Positions 40,765 through 50,321 of a stretch of 64,000 nucleotides of DNA are shown here, one piece after another. The notes under the pieces were generated by a model. The model was given only the letters and a program-made list of their open reading frames with translations. It had not been told where the DNA came from and made no database searches. The position numbers were made by a program, and so were the translations under genes. This stretch comes from Candidatus Poribacteria bacterium (GTDB lineage: Bacteria > Poribacteria > WGA-4E > WGA-3G): assembly GCA_022822085.1 (NCBI GenBank), contig JAJECK010000061.1, forward strand, positions 10,025 to 74,024, given 5' to 3'. Numbering within the stretch: position 1 is the stretch's first letter; the number at the start of each line of letters is the position of its first letter.

Positions 40765-41523
40765 ATGTCCATTAGTCCTATTTTCTACGATTACACATTT
40801 GGAGATGAAGAACGGAAAGCGTTGGATCATGACGGTCATTTTGTACTTCCTCGACTTCTCACTTCAGATACTCAGGAGCAATTAACAATATCGTTGTCTC
40901 GGATTCAATCACTAATTCCTGGTTGTAAAGAAGGGCATGAACCCAACCGATTTTCTGCCGAATATGATGCTTATCTTGAAAGTGTAATTGCACATCCACA
41001 GATGTTGGAACTTGCGCGTAAAGTCCTTGGCGACGATATCCGGTACGACCATTGTGTTAGCCTTAATCGACACGGAGGCAATGGGGGTATTGGTTGGCAT
41101 AGCCATGGATATTCAGATGACGATCCGCGCTACGGTTTTGTTCGCATCTTCTTCTATGTCAATGGATTTGAGGCAGATGATGGAGGTCTGAAGGCTGTGC
41201 CCGGAAGCCATCTCTACCGAGATGGAAGAATTCATGGTGGAACAGATCAAGCATTACGAGAAGGATGGTTGGTAGGGAAAATCCATCCTGAAACAGGCGA
41301 ACCGTTAGAAATTCAGGCACTATCAGTACCATCGGGAACGGTTATTTTGATGTGGACACATGCAGCACATGCGGTAACACCAAGGAAACAAGAGAGTGCT
41401 ACACGGTGGACAGTCGTTTATGCCTACCGTAATCCTGGTAAACCTTCTGGAGCTCGTTGGATTTCACCCGATTTCGAAAGAAAACCGATCCCAGGCGCAG
41501 AAGGCTTAATGTCTCTTTATTAG
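40765..41523 (+). CDS. PhyH-like Fe(II)/2OG dioxygenase family protein (second paralogous fold).
   Basis: GWHSHGYSDDD and WTHAAHAV His motifs. Size 252 aa. Confidence 0.55.
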   Translation: MSISPIFYDYTFGDEERKALDHDGHFVLPRLLTSDTQEQLTISLSRIQSLIPGCKEGHEPNRFSAEYDAYLESVIAHPQMLELARKVLGDDIRYDHCVSLNRHGGNGGIGWHSHGYSDDDPRYGFVRIFFYVNGFEADDGGLKAVPGSHLYRDGRIHGGTDQALREGWLVGKIHPETGEPLEIQALSVPSGTVILMWTHAAHAVTPRKQESATRWTVVYAYRNPGKPSGARWISPDFERKPIPGAEGLMSLY

Positions 41524-41557
41524 ACTTTATATAAGTGAGGGATGGACAAGTTTTTCT

Positions 41558-42496
41558 TTGAGAAAATTCAACTTTGAAGAGAAATCCGAAGAAAATAAAA
41601 GGATATTTTATGGAATGCGATGCCTCTTTCTTACGATTCTGTTAATCCTGTTCAGCGCATGGAGCACTATTGCCACTGCAGAATTAAGTCCTGCAGCAGA
41701 AAAAACACTCGCTACAATAGAATGGGTAACTATTCCGGCAGGTGAATTCCTAATGGGATCAACACCAGAACAAGCTAAAACAGCATACAATGATGCCAAG
41801 TTAAGGAGTTCATTGCTGGAAAAATATACCTTTGACGCTGAAGTACCACAACACAAAGTCAATCTCTCCGAATACCAAATTTCCCGATACGAAATCACCA
41901 ACGCACAATACCGAGCCTTTGTAGAAGCAACGAACCGTCCTCCCCCTCGTGGGCAACAAGGTGAAGAAATTTGGAAAGATGAACACTTCAATGCAGATAC
42001 ACAACCTGTCGTTGGTGTCACATGGTTTGATGCACAAGCATTTTCGGAATGGATTGGTGGCAGTTTGCCGACTGAAGCACAATGGGAACGCGCAGCACGA
42101 GGCACGAAAGGACGAACATATCCGTGGGGAAATGTTCCACCCAAAGCACGGCACCATGCCAATTTCGCACGGCGTTACAACCATCCTACACCCGTTGGAC
42201 ATTTCTTAAATGGGACATCACCCGATAGCATTGCGGATCTCGCTGGAAATGTGTGGGAATGGTGCCTTGATGAATATAACCCCACATTTTATCAACAGAA
42301 CAAAAAGAGAGTGCAGCGTAATCCGCTGAATCTACGCTTTCGAGATGTCTTACGTCCCCGCGTAATTCGCGGTGGTGCATGGGATGTCGGCAGTACATTC
42401 CTCCGTTCAGCTCTAAGGTCTCCGTTCTATCCATTGGACTCCACACGGACGATTGGGTTTCGGGTTGTGCGTCCACGTCCAGTATTTAAGAAATAA
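41558..42496 (+). CDS. FGE-sulfatase (SUMF1) domain protein with N-terminal signal/TM. The likely start is the internal Met at 41615 (MRCLFLTILLILFSAWSTIATA).
   Basis: RGGAWDVGS...GFRVVRP C-terminal signature. WEWCLDEY core. This is the second FGE paralog in the window. Confidence 0.8.
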   Translation: MRKFNFEEKSEENKRIFYGMRCLFLTILLILFSAWSTIATAELSPAAEKTLATIEWVTIPAGEFLMGSTPEQAKTAYNDAKLRSSLLEKYTFDAEVPQHKVNLSEYQISRYEITNAQYRAFVEATNRPPPRGQQGEEIWKDEHFNADTQPVVGVTWFDAQAFSEWIGGSLPTEAQWERAARGTKGRTYPWGNVPPKARHHANFARRYNHPTPVGHFLNGTSPDSIADLAGNVWEWCLDEYNPTFYQQNKKRVQRNPLNLRFRDVLRPRVIRGGAWDVGSTFLRSALRSPFYPLDSTRTIGFRVVRPRPVFKK

Positions 42497-42561
42497 TCTT
42501 CTGCAGTACTTTACCGTTTCACACTGTTGACACTCATCGCATTTCATGCTATAATGCAAAT

Positions 42562-42912
42562 ATGAAGATCATCGAAGAAAAAGAAGCGTGGATTCATACA
42601 CACTTCATAGTTGATAGTTATTTCATCACCGAACAGGAATGCAGGCAAATTTCTATCAACGTCGAACCGGAATTGCTACAATTGGGTATACAGTACGGGC
42701 TGGCATACAATATAGCACCGTCCAACCAACGCGCCATTATCGTTTTAGAATGCATCCCGTTCGATAGTGTCAAAGCGATGGTCCGAGAACTGATTGATGA
42801 AGAAATAAAAGATTTTCCTGTTCGACTACCGGAACAACGGAACGTTGTCACCAATATCTCAGTCACTGAACCAGCAACCAACGCACAAAGCGATTCAGAA
42901 CACAACTCATAA
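42562..42912 (+). CDS. Hypothetical protein (116 aa).
   Basis: ORF with no recognisable motif. Confidence 0.4.
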   Translation: MKIIEEKEAWIHTHFIVDSYFITEQECRQISINVEPELLQLGIQYGLAYNIAPSNQRAIIVLECIPFDSVKAMVRELIDEEIKDFPVRLPEQRNVVTNISVTEPATNAQSDSEHNS

Positions 42913-42933
42913 GTTGCTTAAAGGAGAACACCG

Positions 42934-43911
42934 ATGCGTACACTTTTAACATTCTTCTGCTTCATGCTAATGTTTTCAACTGTCGGTAATGCAAAACTTG
43001 TTTTTGATTCAATAAATCCAGGAACATTTGTCATAGATGATGATGGAAGCAACTTTACAAGACTGAAAACATGGACATCTGACCCAAATTGGTCTCCAGA
43101 TGGAAAAAAGATTGTGTCTTCAAGAGTCAACATTTCTATTATGAATGCTGATGGCACAAATTGGATACAACTCACGAACACAAATCGGGACTATTATGCC
43201 TCATTTTCACCGGATGGAAAGCACATTCTTTTTTCAAGATATGAAGACAATAAAGTGAGCATAAACATCTTGAACTTAGAAAGTGGTGAAATCATGGAGA
43301 TCTTCAGCACCAATAATCGTTCTCTTAGATACCCCAGGTTATCTCCTGATGGAGAACAGATTGTATTCTCATCTGTTACAAATCTCTGGATAATAAACGC
43401 AGATGGCACTAACGAACGGAAGTTGTTACCGGCACCAGAAAAGGATGAATTGGCAATATATCGAAGTAGACCCAGATGGTCACCTGATGGGAAACAGATA
43501 CTGTATACACAGGAGGAGTATATTAATCAGAAAGCGGGTCCAATAGTAATACAAATCCATAAAGCTCACCGATATATGATATGTGATCGTAATGGTGAAA
43601 ACATTGAAGAGTTAAAGATACCGAAGAATTTGGAATGCACCGGAATTGATTGGATGGATAATGGTGAGGCAGTGGTTTTTACTGCATATGAAATTGAGTT
43701 AGACAAACTTGATTTTGTGATAGAACTCAAAAATAATATCTATAAGTATCATATCGCCACAGAAAAAATAACCCAAATCGGGGATGACCAAGTGGAGGGA
43801 TATTCAATAGATTGGATTAGTGGCAGTGCATTACCGGTCTCTCCGAAAGGTAAGATACAAACGCGGTGGGGAGAAATTAAGAAGGCTTATTTGGGTTCAG
43901 ATGAAGAATAG
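42934..43911 (+). CDS. TolB-like (PD40 repeat) beta-propeller protein, secreted.
   Basis: Signal peptide. Repeated WSPDGK / FSPDGK / LSPDGE PD40 motifs. Confidence 0.7.
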   Translation: MRTLLTFFCFMLMFSTVGNAKLVFDSINPGTFVIDDDGSNFTRLKTWTSDPNWSPDGKKIVSSRVNISIMNADGTNWIQLTNTNRDYYASFSPDGKHILFSRYEDNKVSINILNLESGEIMEIFSTNNRSLRYPRLSPDGEQIVFSSVTNLWIINADGTNERKLLPAPEKDELAIYRSRPRWSPDGKQILYTQEEYINQKAGPIVIQIHKAHRYMICDRNGENIEELKIPKNLECTGIDWMDNGEAVVFTAYEIELDKLDFVIELKNNIYKYHIATEKITQIGDDQVEGYSIDWISGSALPVSPKGKIQTRWGEIKKAYLGSDEE

Positions 43912-43916
43912 GAATG

Positions 43917-45269
43917 TCAATACCCAAGACCAGGACCGGTAAGAATCTGCGTGCCGACAGTACCATCAATAATGTCAAATATTTCTGGATATTCCTCTCT
44001 CCAACCATCATTTGCACGTGGACAAAATTGACGTGCATTCCCTTCAATAGCGGTTACACCTCGAATACGTGCAGCGAGTCCGGCAGAATGTAAGAACGAT
44101 GCCCCTGGACATGTCAAATCCTGCACAGCAAGGAACATACCGTATTCCTGCGCAGCCGCACCCATCAACAATGCTTGCGATTGCCCCTTACACGCCTTGA
44201 GTGCCACTCCAGAATACCCCTGTTCACGTGCTAATAACAAGGTTTCAAAGTCTGTCAAGGATTCATCAATCACTACCGGTTTTATCTCTGCAGCCTTATG
44301 CATCTTGTTTTCTGGATGTGCCTCAAGGTCTCTATCAGTCGGTTGCTCAATGTATGCCAGACGTTCAAAGGCTTGTTCAGCACCTTCCTGAATCCGATTG
44401 AGAAATTCTAACAGGTAGTCTACATTTTGACATGTCTCATTAAAGTCTGCAGAATAGTGCCATGTGGTAACACCTCTTAATGCTTGCGTTTCAGCGGTGA
44501 TTTGGTCAATCGCCAGAACACGCGCAACATCCCACGCTAAATCATCACCATTAAGTTTTATCTTCAGATGTGTCAACCCATCAGCCATAATCCATTCTGG
44601 TAATGTCTCCGGAAGTCCATCGTTAAGACGTTCAGCAATGTCTTGTTCGGTAAGTGGATCTAATGCCCCGATAAGGTGATAGAGAGGCATATCGGGTTTC
44701 GGATGACGTGTCGTATACTGATCAAGGTGTTTTCCGGCAAACTCACCGTCCAAAAAATGAGATAGATCTGTTTGTATATAATCTTCATCTAACCCGTTGT
44801 AACTATTGATACCATTTGCTTTCCCAAACGCATCATGTATTGCTGCGTCAATTGGACTTGTAGTGACCACAGTACAGAGTTTCGGAATTGGTGTTGCCAA
44901 CTGCATAGTCTGCGATAGTTCTCCTGCTATCTGTAAAAATTCAGGTTCCAGCACATCGGAGAGTTCAAGCGGATGTGCATAATGTGTACACTCTCGTGTC
45001 AAATCAATTGCCAATTCAGCGAGTTGCTTCATCGCAGCAAGGCTTTGGTCAAAGGGGGCATAGCGCGGTGGAAATGCCCATACATTTCCCAGTGGCATAG
45101 ACCCGTTACCAACTGCTTCTTTGCCATCACGGGTTTGTGCAAGAATTTGTACGTTAAATAGGATACAGTGGTCAGTTGGGACACCACCAAATTTAAGCGG
45201 AGTCCGGTATTGGTGTTCTTCAAAACTATAGGCAACGTCAAGGATACGAATATCTGTTGGTTTCGACAT
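43917..45269 (-). CDS. Enolase-superfamily enzyme (mandelate racemase / muconate lactonizing enzyme-like; glucarate-dehydratase-sized, 450 aa).
   Basis: IEQP metal-ligand motif, the KxK-like region and the (beta/alpha)7beta-barrel size. The sub-family assignment is an inference. Confidence 0.55.
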   Translation of the reverse strand: MSKPTDIRILDVAYSFEEHQYRTPLKFGGVPTDHCILFNVQILAQTRDGKEAVGNGSMPLGNVWAFPPRYAPFDQSLAAMKQLAELAIDLTRECTHYAHPLELSDVLEPEFLQIAGELSQTMQLATPIPKLCTVVTTSPIDAAIHDAFGKANGINSYNGLDEDYIQTDLSHFLDGEFAGKHLDQYTTRHPKPDMPLYHLIGALDPLTEQDIAERLNDGLPETLPEWIMADGLTHLKIKLNGDDLAWDVARVLAIDQITAETQALRGVTTWHYSADFNETCQNVDYLLEFLNRIQEGAEQAFERLAYIEQPTDRDLEAHPENKMHKAAEIKPVVIDESLTDFETLLLAREQGYSGVALKACKGQSQALLMGAAAQEYGMFLAVQDLTCPGASFLHSAGLAARIRGVTAIEGNARQFCPRANDGWREEYPEIFDIIDGTVGTQILTGPGLGY

Positions 45270-45314
45270 TTTTCCTCATATTTAATGATTATGTTGAATT
45301 ATATTTGGTTATTT

Positions 45315-45962
45315 TTAAGGCACATTATATTGCGGATCAGTAAAATATCTTGTTCCATCAATCTGATGAATACGCCATTCGCCAGACCTTTTTGTGAAAT
45401 AATATGTCCCAATTTCGTTAAAACAGTAAGGTCTATCGACTAAGTAGTAAAACATAGGTCCCTTTGCACTCACTTCTGCATACTTATATTTCACATTTTT
45501 AGGACGGTAATAAAAATCTGTAAGTTTCCAATTTGCCTCACTTTTACATTCTGCCTCCCCGGGACCAATCCAGTTAGCCTCAATATAACTTTTAATATTG
45601 ACCCATCCATAGACAATACCAGTGGTAGTACCAAATTCCATGCTTGATGCTCGATCAAAAGTTTCAGATAGAACATCCATATCCTTGTCAACATAGGCAT
45701 CAATAAATGTCTTATACACATCTTGAATTTCTGCTATTTCAGTTTCGTAATCAATTTCCAAAGATGCTACTTCATCAGTCGGTACTTCTTCTATGTATGA
45801 CTTATCTATATAGGGAGCAGTAGGAAAGAAGAAAAATTCAGCAAAGCGGATACGGTCTGTAGTTTCCTCATCACTCAAATCTCCGCAACTTGAAACAAAT
45901 GATAACATAACTATCAATAACAGAACAGTAGTTGCTAAACTTATTACTTTACTTTCTGTCAT
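45315..45962 (-). CDS. Lipoprotein of unknown function (possibly NTF2-like/SnoaL fold).
   Basis: Lipobox (FVSSCGD). 215 aa. No catalytic motif recognised. Confidence 0.5.
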   Translation of the reverse strand: MTESKVISLATTVLLLIVMLSFVSSCGDLSDEETTDRIRFAEFFFFPTAPYIDKSYIEEVPTDEVASLEIDYETEIAEIQDVYKTFIDAYVDKDMDVLSETFDRASSMEFGTTTGIVYGWVNIKSYIEANWIGPGEAECKSEANWKLTDFYYRPKNVKYKYAEVSAKGPMFYYLVDRPYCFNEIGTYYFTKRSGEWRIHQIDGTRYFTDPQYNVP

Positions 45963-45980
45963 TACTTCCTCCGCCTCATA

Positions 45981-46682
45981 CTAATAGAATAGGAGATGTG
46001 CTGTCACCAAAAAGGTAACAATTTCATCGGTTAAAACTATTTCGTTTGTATCGTCTATCTGTGTGGAATGTGCATTTCCATAGTTTACGGTAAAATCTAT
46101 GTTCAAATGACGGACAAGTTCAAAACCGATTCCCCCGGAAACCGAGAGTCCAGTTGGTCTTGCGCGTTCCAATTTGAAAGGTGGTTCCCATGTAACAAGT
46201 GCTGCAAGTCCTGTAGAACCAACCAAGTAAAAATCTGTACTTTTAAGTGGAAAAATCATCATGCCAACCCCAGCTGTGCCATTTGCAATCATCGTATCTC
46301 GGTAAAGATTAGATAAGGGCATCCAGGAGATGCGACTGGTATAGTAGAGGATGAATTGATTTGAAAATGCATGCCCAACTTTTATTTCAGTAGCAAAAGC
46401 AGATGTCGTTCCACGAGGATCTGGCCAATCCCCATCATAAGTACTACCCCAATACTCTGCAAGTGGTTCTGCAAAGTTGACATTACCAACACCAGCACCA
46501 AGACCAAAAATGAAACCTTTGCGTTGACCGAGATTATTTTTCGGTCTGCGAATAAGGTTTTGTTGTTTGTAAATCAGATTCCTGTCTTCAATACCAAATG
46601 CCATTATAGTATCAGACAGAAACAAAAGTAGAAAAGCCATGATGAAACCTACATAATGATATTGTGGGACGATTTTTGTCAC
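45981..46682 (-). CDS. Hypothetical protein, possibly an outer-membrane beta-barrel.
   Basis: N-terminal hydrophobic segment. Alternating hydrophobic pattern and an aromatic C-terminus (LLFY). Weak. Confidence 0.4.
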   Translation of the reverse strand: MTKIVPQYHYVGFIMAFLLLFLSDTIMAFGIEDRNLIYKQQNLIRRPKNNLGQRKGFIFGLGAGVGNVNFAEPLAEYWGSTYDGDWPDPRGTTSAFATEIKVGHAFSNQFILYYTSRISWMPLSNLYRDTMIANGTAGVGMMIFPLKSTDFYLVGSTGLAALVTWEPPFKLERARPTGLSVSGGIGFELVRHLNIDFTVNYGNAHSTQIDDTNEIVLTDEIVTFLVTAHLLFY

Positions 46683-46885
46683 TCAAATTCCCTCATTTAT
46701 TATTTTTTGTTCGTATGTTTAGGAAAGGTTAGTTGACAGTTGGCATTTCATCTAACAGCTACGCTTAAAAATGCCAAATCAACACTGAACATTCAGTGTT
46801 GATTTGGCAATCTCATGACTTGCTTATTCAAGAATGGCACGGTAAAATTCTCTTGCACATTGTTTAAATTATAGAATAATTGAGA

Positions 46886-48073
46886 CTATTCTATCCCCAA
46901 GTGGTCGTTAATTTCCTTCTGGTAGCCTTCCAATTCACAGTTCTCAATTTCTGCGATTGTTACAGGTCGACCCCAATATCCAGATTCATAGGCCGCCATG
47001 CAGATAGCTTGAGATCTCTGGCCTTCAACTGCGTCGACTTCAGGTTTACCACCACTTCGGATTGCATCTGCGAAATATTTCAACTCAATTGCAACCGTAT
47101 CACCGATACCAGAGGGGAAATAGTATTCATTCTGTTCTTCGGTGAGACTATCGGTAAATTCCTTCATCAAATCGTCATTGGAAATCGGTTCGCCACCACG
47201 AGGCACCAAACCTCTACCCCAATCAAGCGCACCTTCGCTACCGTAAACAGTGTGCTGACCAAAACCGTGTGCAGGAGCAGAACCGACCCATGTCCACTGT
47301 GCAGTTACACCTTGTTCAAACTTGATGGTAGCAATCATACAGTCTTCCACATCAACTGAATATCCACCTTCACGGGCACCTGCATTATCGTAGCGGAAAG
47401 GTTCGTAAGCTTTGTTGATCGCATAAACTTCTTCAGCTTCCAGACCGAGAATATAACGCATGAGATCGGTGAAATGCACACCACCATCTAATGCCCAACC
47501 ACCACCAGCATCCATTTTGAAGTTCCGCCAACCCCATTTTCCTAAAGCCTCACCAACTTCAACCCAGAAGAACATGCGTGGGTCGCCTATGCGTCCTTGA
47601 GCAATCGCCCAACTTCGGGTACGTTGTATTCGTGCTAACCGATAGTTCTCCGCTACAGAAATAATTTTATCATTTTTTTCTGCAGCATCCATCATCAATT
47701 TACACGCACGCATTGTGATGCCAAAAGGTTTTTCTATGATAACGTGTTTGCCGGCTTCCAATGCTGGTACAGCAACCACATGATGTGCTCTATGCAACGC
47801 ACAAATATCAACAGACTCTAAATCCGGATGTTTAGCAAGCATCTCATCAAGCTCAGTATAGACAGCAGGCTTTGTCCCTCCTTGAAATTCGTGAGCCTGA
47901 TTCGCCCGTTGTTCGGCTCTACCTTGGTCTATATCACACGCTGCAACAATATCATACACTCGCACTTCTTTGTTCCACAACTCTCGGTAGGCGTTCATGT
48001 GGGCACCGGACATACCTCCGCATCCGACTAAACCCATTTTAATACGTTCTGCCATATATACCTCCTTCGGCAA
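46886..48073 (-). CDS. Gfo/Idh/MocA-family NAD(P)-dependent oxidoreductase.
   Basis: N-terminal Rossmann motif (MGLVGCGGMSGAHMNAY), EKP motif and family-typical length (395 aa). Confidence 0.8.
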   Translation of the reverse strand: MPKEVYMAERIKMGLVGCGGMSGAHMNAYRELWNKEVRVYDIVAACDIDQGRAEQRANQAHEFQGGTKPAVYTELDEMLAKHPDLESVDICALHRAHHVVAVPALEAGKHVIIEKPFGITMRACKLMMDAAEKNDKIISVAENYRLARIQRTRSWAIAQGRIGDPRMFFWVEVGEALGKWGWRNFKMDAGGGWALDGGVHFTDLMRYILGLEAEEVYAINKAYEPFRYDNAGAREGGYSVDVEDCMIATIKFEQGVTAQWTWVGSAPAHGFGQHTVYGSEGALDWGRGLVPRGGEPISNDDLMKEFTDSLTEEQNEYYFPSGIGDTVAIELKYFADAIRSGGKPEVDAVEGQRSQAICMAAYESGYWGRPVTIAEIENCELEGYQKEINDHLGIE

Positions 48074-48464
48074 TCTTTCGTTAGACTATAAATAGTATTG
48101 AAAGTTTATTAGACTATGTTTCATAAATGCTGGGACGCGCGTCCTGCCCCCACCGTATAACATAATACTCTGTGATATCTTTGTGAATTGTATAGAATAT
48201 CTAATCCGATGTCAACAAATTTGTGACTTAGAACTGCCCCCAGAAGGAAATCACCCAATGAATAAATTAATATTCGGACGGGACAGAAGAGCGTTACTCA
48301 TACCCTCAAATCGTTGCGTGGACACTTGTGGGTTTCGCACTTCTACCTGACCGACGATGGTCACTCTTAGTAAAACATAAAAATCAATAATTCTTAAAAC
48401 TAAATAACCCTGTATTCTATACATTTCATTTGACTTTTACAGTATTATGTGGTATTTATTATAA

Positions 48465-48735
48465 TCAGGACTTACAGACATACTGTAGGTAGTGAATACC
48501 AAATGAAGATTAAGTTATTAAACGGGTAATGTTAGTTTTCCCAAGCCTGGTAGGTGCGGTTTCCTAACCGCACCGAGCATAGTTATGGAATTACCTAATT
48601 TATTTTTTAATCTTCATAAGGCATTTATATCGTTGATTTGGTGCTTTGTAAGCACGCTGAATTTACAGAATTCTTCTGAAAATTACACATTTTTAGTAAA
48701 TTATAGAAAAATCGTGAAAATTGCGTAAGTCCTGC
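48465..48735. mobile_element. Composite MITE: outer element with CAGGACTTAC inverted termini (48465-48480 and 48721-48735) containing a nested copy of repeat B (48503-48620).
   Basis: Termini seen directly. The inner 118 bp is about 95% identical to 57440-57553. Confidence 0.55.
48503..48620. mobile_element. Repeat B: about 118-bp MITE-like element with inverted termini ATGAAGATTAAGTTATTAAACGGGTAAT / ATTACCTAATTTATTTTTTAATCTTCAT and a central hairpin (ggtgcggtttcctaaccgcacc).
   Basis: A near-identical second copy is at 57440-57553. Terminal and internal inverted repeats are visible. Confidence 0.65.
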
Positions 48736-48806
48736 AAAAGAGAATTGTGCAATTTTATAACAGATCACTTTACAGAATATAGTGTTAGGAGGAACACAGA
48801 GGGTTT

Positions 48807-50030
48807 ATGAAAAAACTTATAGTCATACCGTTGATTTTACTCTTATTCATCTGCATAGGTTGTGATACGGAACAGAAAGGTCCATCTCATCTGGATGTAG
48901 GTAAAGCAAGACTAATTGACAGTGGATTAGCGGTAGAAGCAGTTAATTATCTGTTAGAGGCAGAAAAAAGGGAAGAGGATAAAGCAGAACCTCGAGCACT
49001 GCTTGTTATTGCATATACGCATGCACTCGCATCAGGTGCTACAAGAGGACAGGAGTATGAAGTTGAATACAAGCGGCAAAAGCAACAAAGAATAGCTGCC
49101 TTAAACGATGCTGAGATTGACAAGATGATTGAAGTTCTCAGTAAACGTTCACAGGTCCAACAGAACGGTTTTCAAGCTTTAGTAGAGAAAGGTGCAGATG
49201 CTGCCAACGTTATTATTAATCATTTTGTTGCAGGCACACATTCAGAGATACATAATCACCTTACAGATGTCATGATAAAAATGAAATCTAAGGCTGTTGA
49301 ACCTATTATGAACGCGATCACTGATGCCGACACACCATCTGCAGTGAAAATGGAACTAATTCGGATACTCGGAGAAATCGGTGATAAGAAGTCAATTGAG
49401 AGATTAAAGTCTATAGACATGACCAATATGTCTTCCGCCCTTAAAATGGAATTATACACAACGTTTTATAGACTCGGGGATAGTTCATATAAATCCCAGA
49501 TACTTACGGGGTTAAATGCGAAAGAAGTGGAAGTGCGACGTGCTGCAGCAAAAGCGATGCCTAATCTGAAGAACGTCAACACATCTTCACTCATCACAGC
49601 ACTTAAAGATGATGACCCGCAGGTAGTTATGAACATTGTAAAATCACTTTCAGTTCACAAAACCAAGAATGCCGTTGAACCTTTAATAAACGTCCTGAAG
49701 AGTGAGATTAAAGATGCTGATAATGAAAAACAACAACAAAATATCAAGCAAGAGGTATTAAATACACTTATTGCCTATGTTCATGCAGGTGGTGAGCTCA
49801 AAAGAGGAATCGCGAAAAACGTCGCTTATCTGCTCATCAATAAGGAAGTAAGCAGTGATAATGTACGGCTTCGGATTGTTACATTCTTGACGGATTCTGT
49901 GAATGTCAAGTCACTTAAAGCAGCAAAGGTGATGGACGATATATATAATAAACTATATACTTATTCACAACAGGAAGAAAGCGATTTCGTGAGAAGAGCT
50001 CTCCTTGATTTGCTTAATGATATCAAATAA
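48807..50030 (+). CDS. HEAT-repeat (PBS-lyase-like) lipoprotein.
   Basis: Lipobox (LLFICIGCD). Repeated helical ..VR..A..AL...K.. HEAT-like units. A paralog lies directly downstream. Confidence 0.65.
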   Translation: MKKLIVIPLILLLFICIGCDTEQKGPSHLDVGKARLIDSGLAVEAVNYLLEAEKREEDKAEPRALLVIAYTHALASGATRGQEYEVEYKRQKQQRIAALNDAEIDKMIEVLSKRSQVQQNGFQALVEKGADAANVIINHFVAGTHSEIHNHLTDVMIKMKSKAVEPIMNAITDADTPSAVKMELIRILGEIGDKKSIERLKSIDMTNMSSALKMELYTTFYRLGDSSYKSQILTGLNAKEVEVRRAAAKAMPNLKNVNTSSLITALKDDDPQVVMNIVKSLSVHKTKNAVEPLINVLKSEIKDADNEKQQQNIKQEVLNTLIAYVHAGGELKRGIAKNVAYLLINKEVSSDNVRLRIVTFLTDSVNVKSLKAAKVMDDIYNKLYTYSQQEESDFVRRALLDLLNDIK

Positions 50031-50321
50031 TCGTGTTTTTTATTGAGCAATCTATATAGGGAAATGTAAATATAGCCTCTTTCATGATCATGGGAGAGGC
50101 TGCAATTTTGTATAGTGATTGCAAACCGTCTGTCCTGTTTTTGACTTCAGATAGATGAAATAAAGAAAATATATTCTTGACACAAAAAGGTATCTGTTTT
50201 ATCATGTTCATGAATAGTGATATCCTCGTAATCCTGAGGAAAATAATAAAAGTAACATTACGAACATTATAGATTGGACTTTTTATTTATGTTGATGTTA
50301 GGAGGAAAAAACGAACGGAAC

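Noticed and set aside
41608-42209. Minus-strand ORFs of 130-184 aa overlapping the FGE gene at 41558-42496.
   Set aside because: They are antisense to a CDS with a strong family signature. They are Cys/Arg-rich frame artefacts typical of shadow ORFs.
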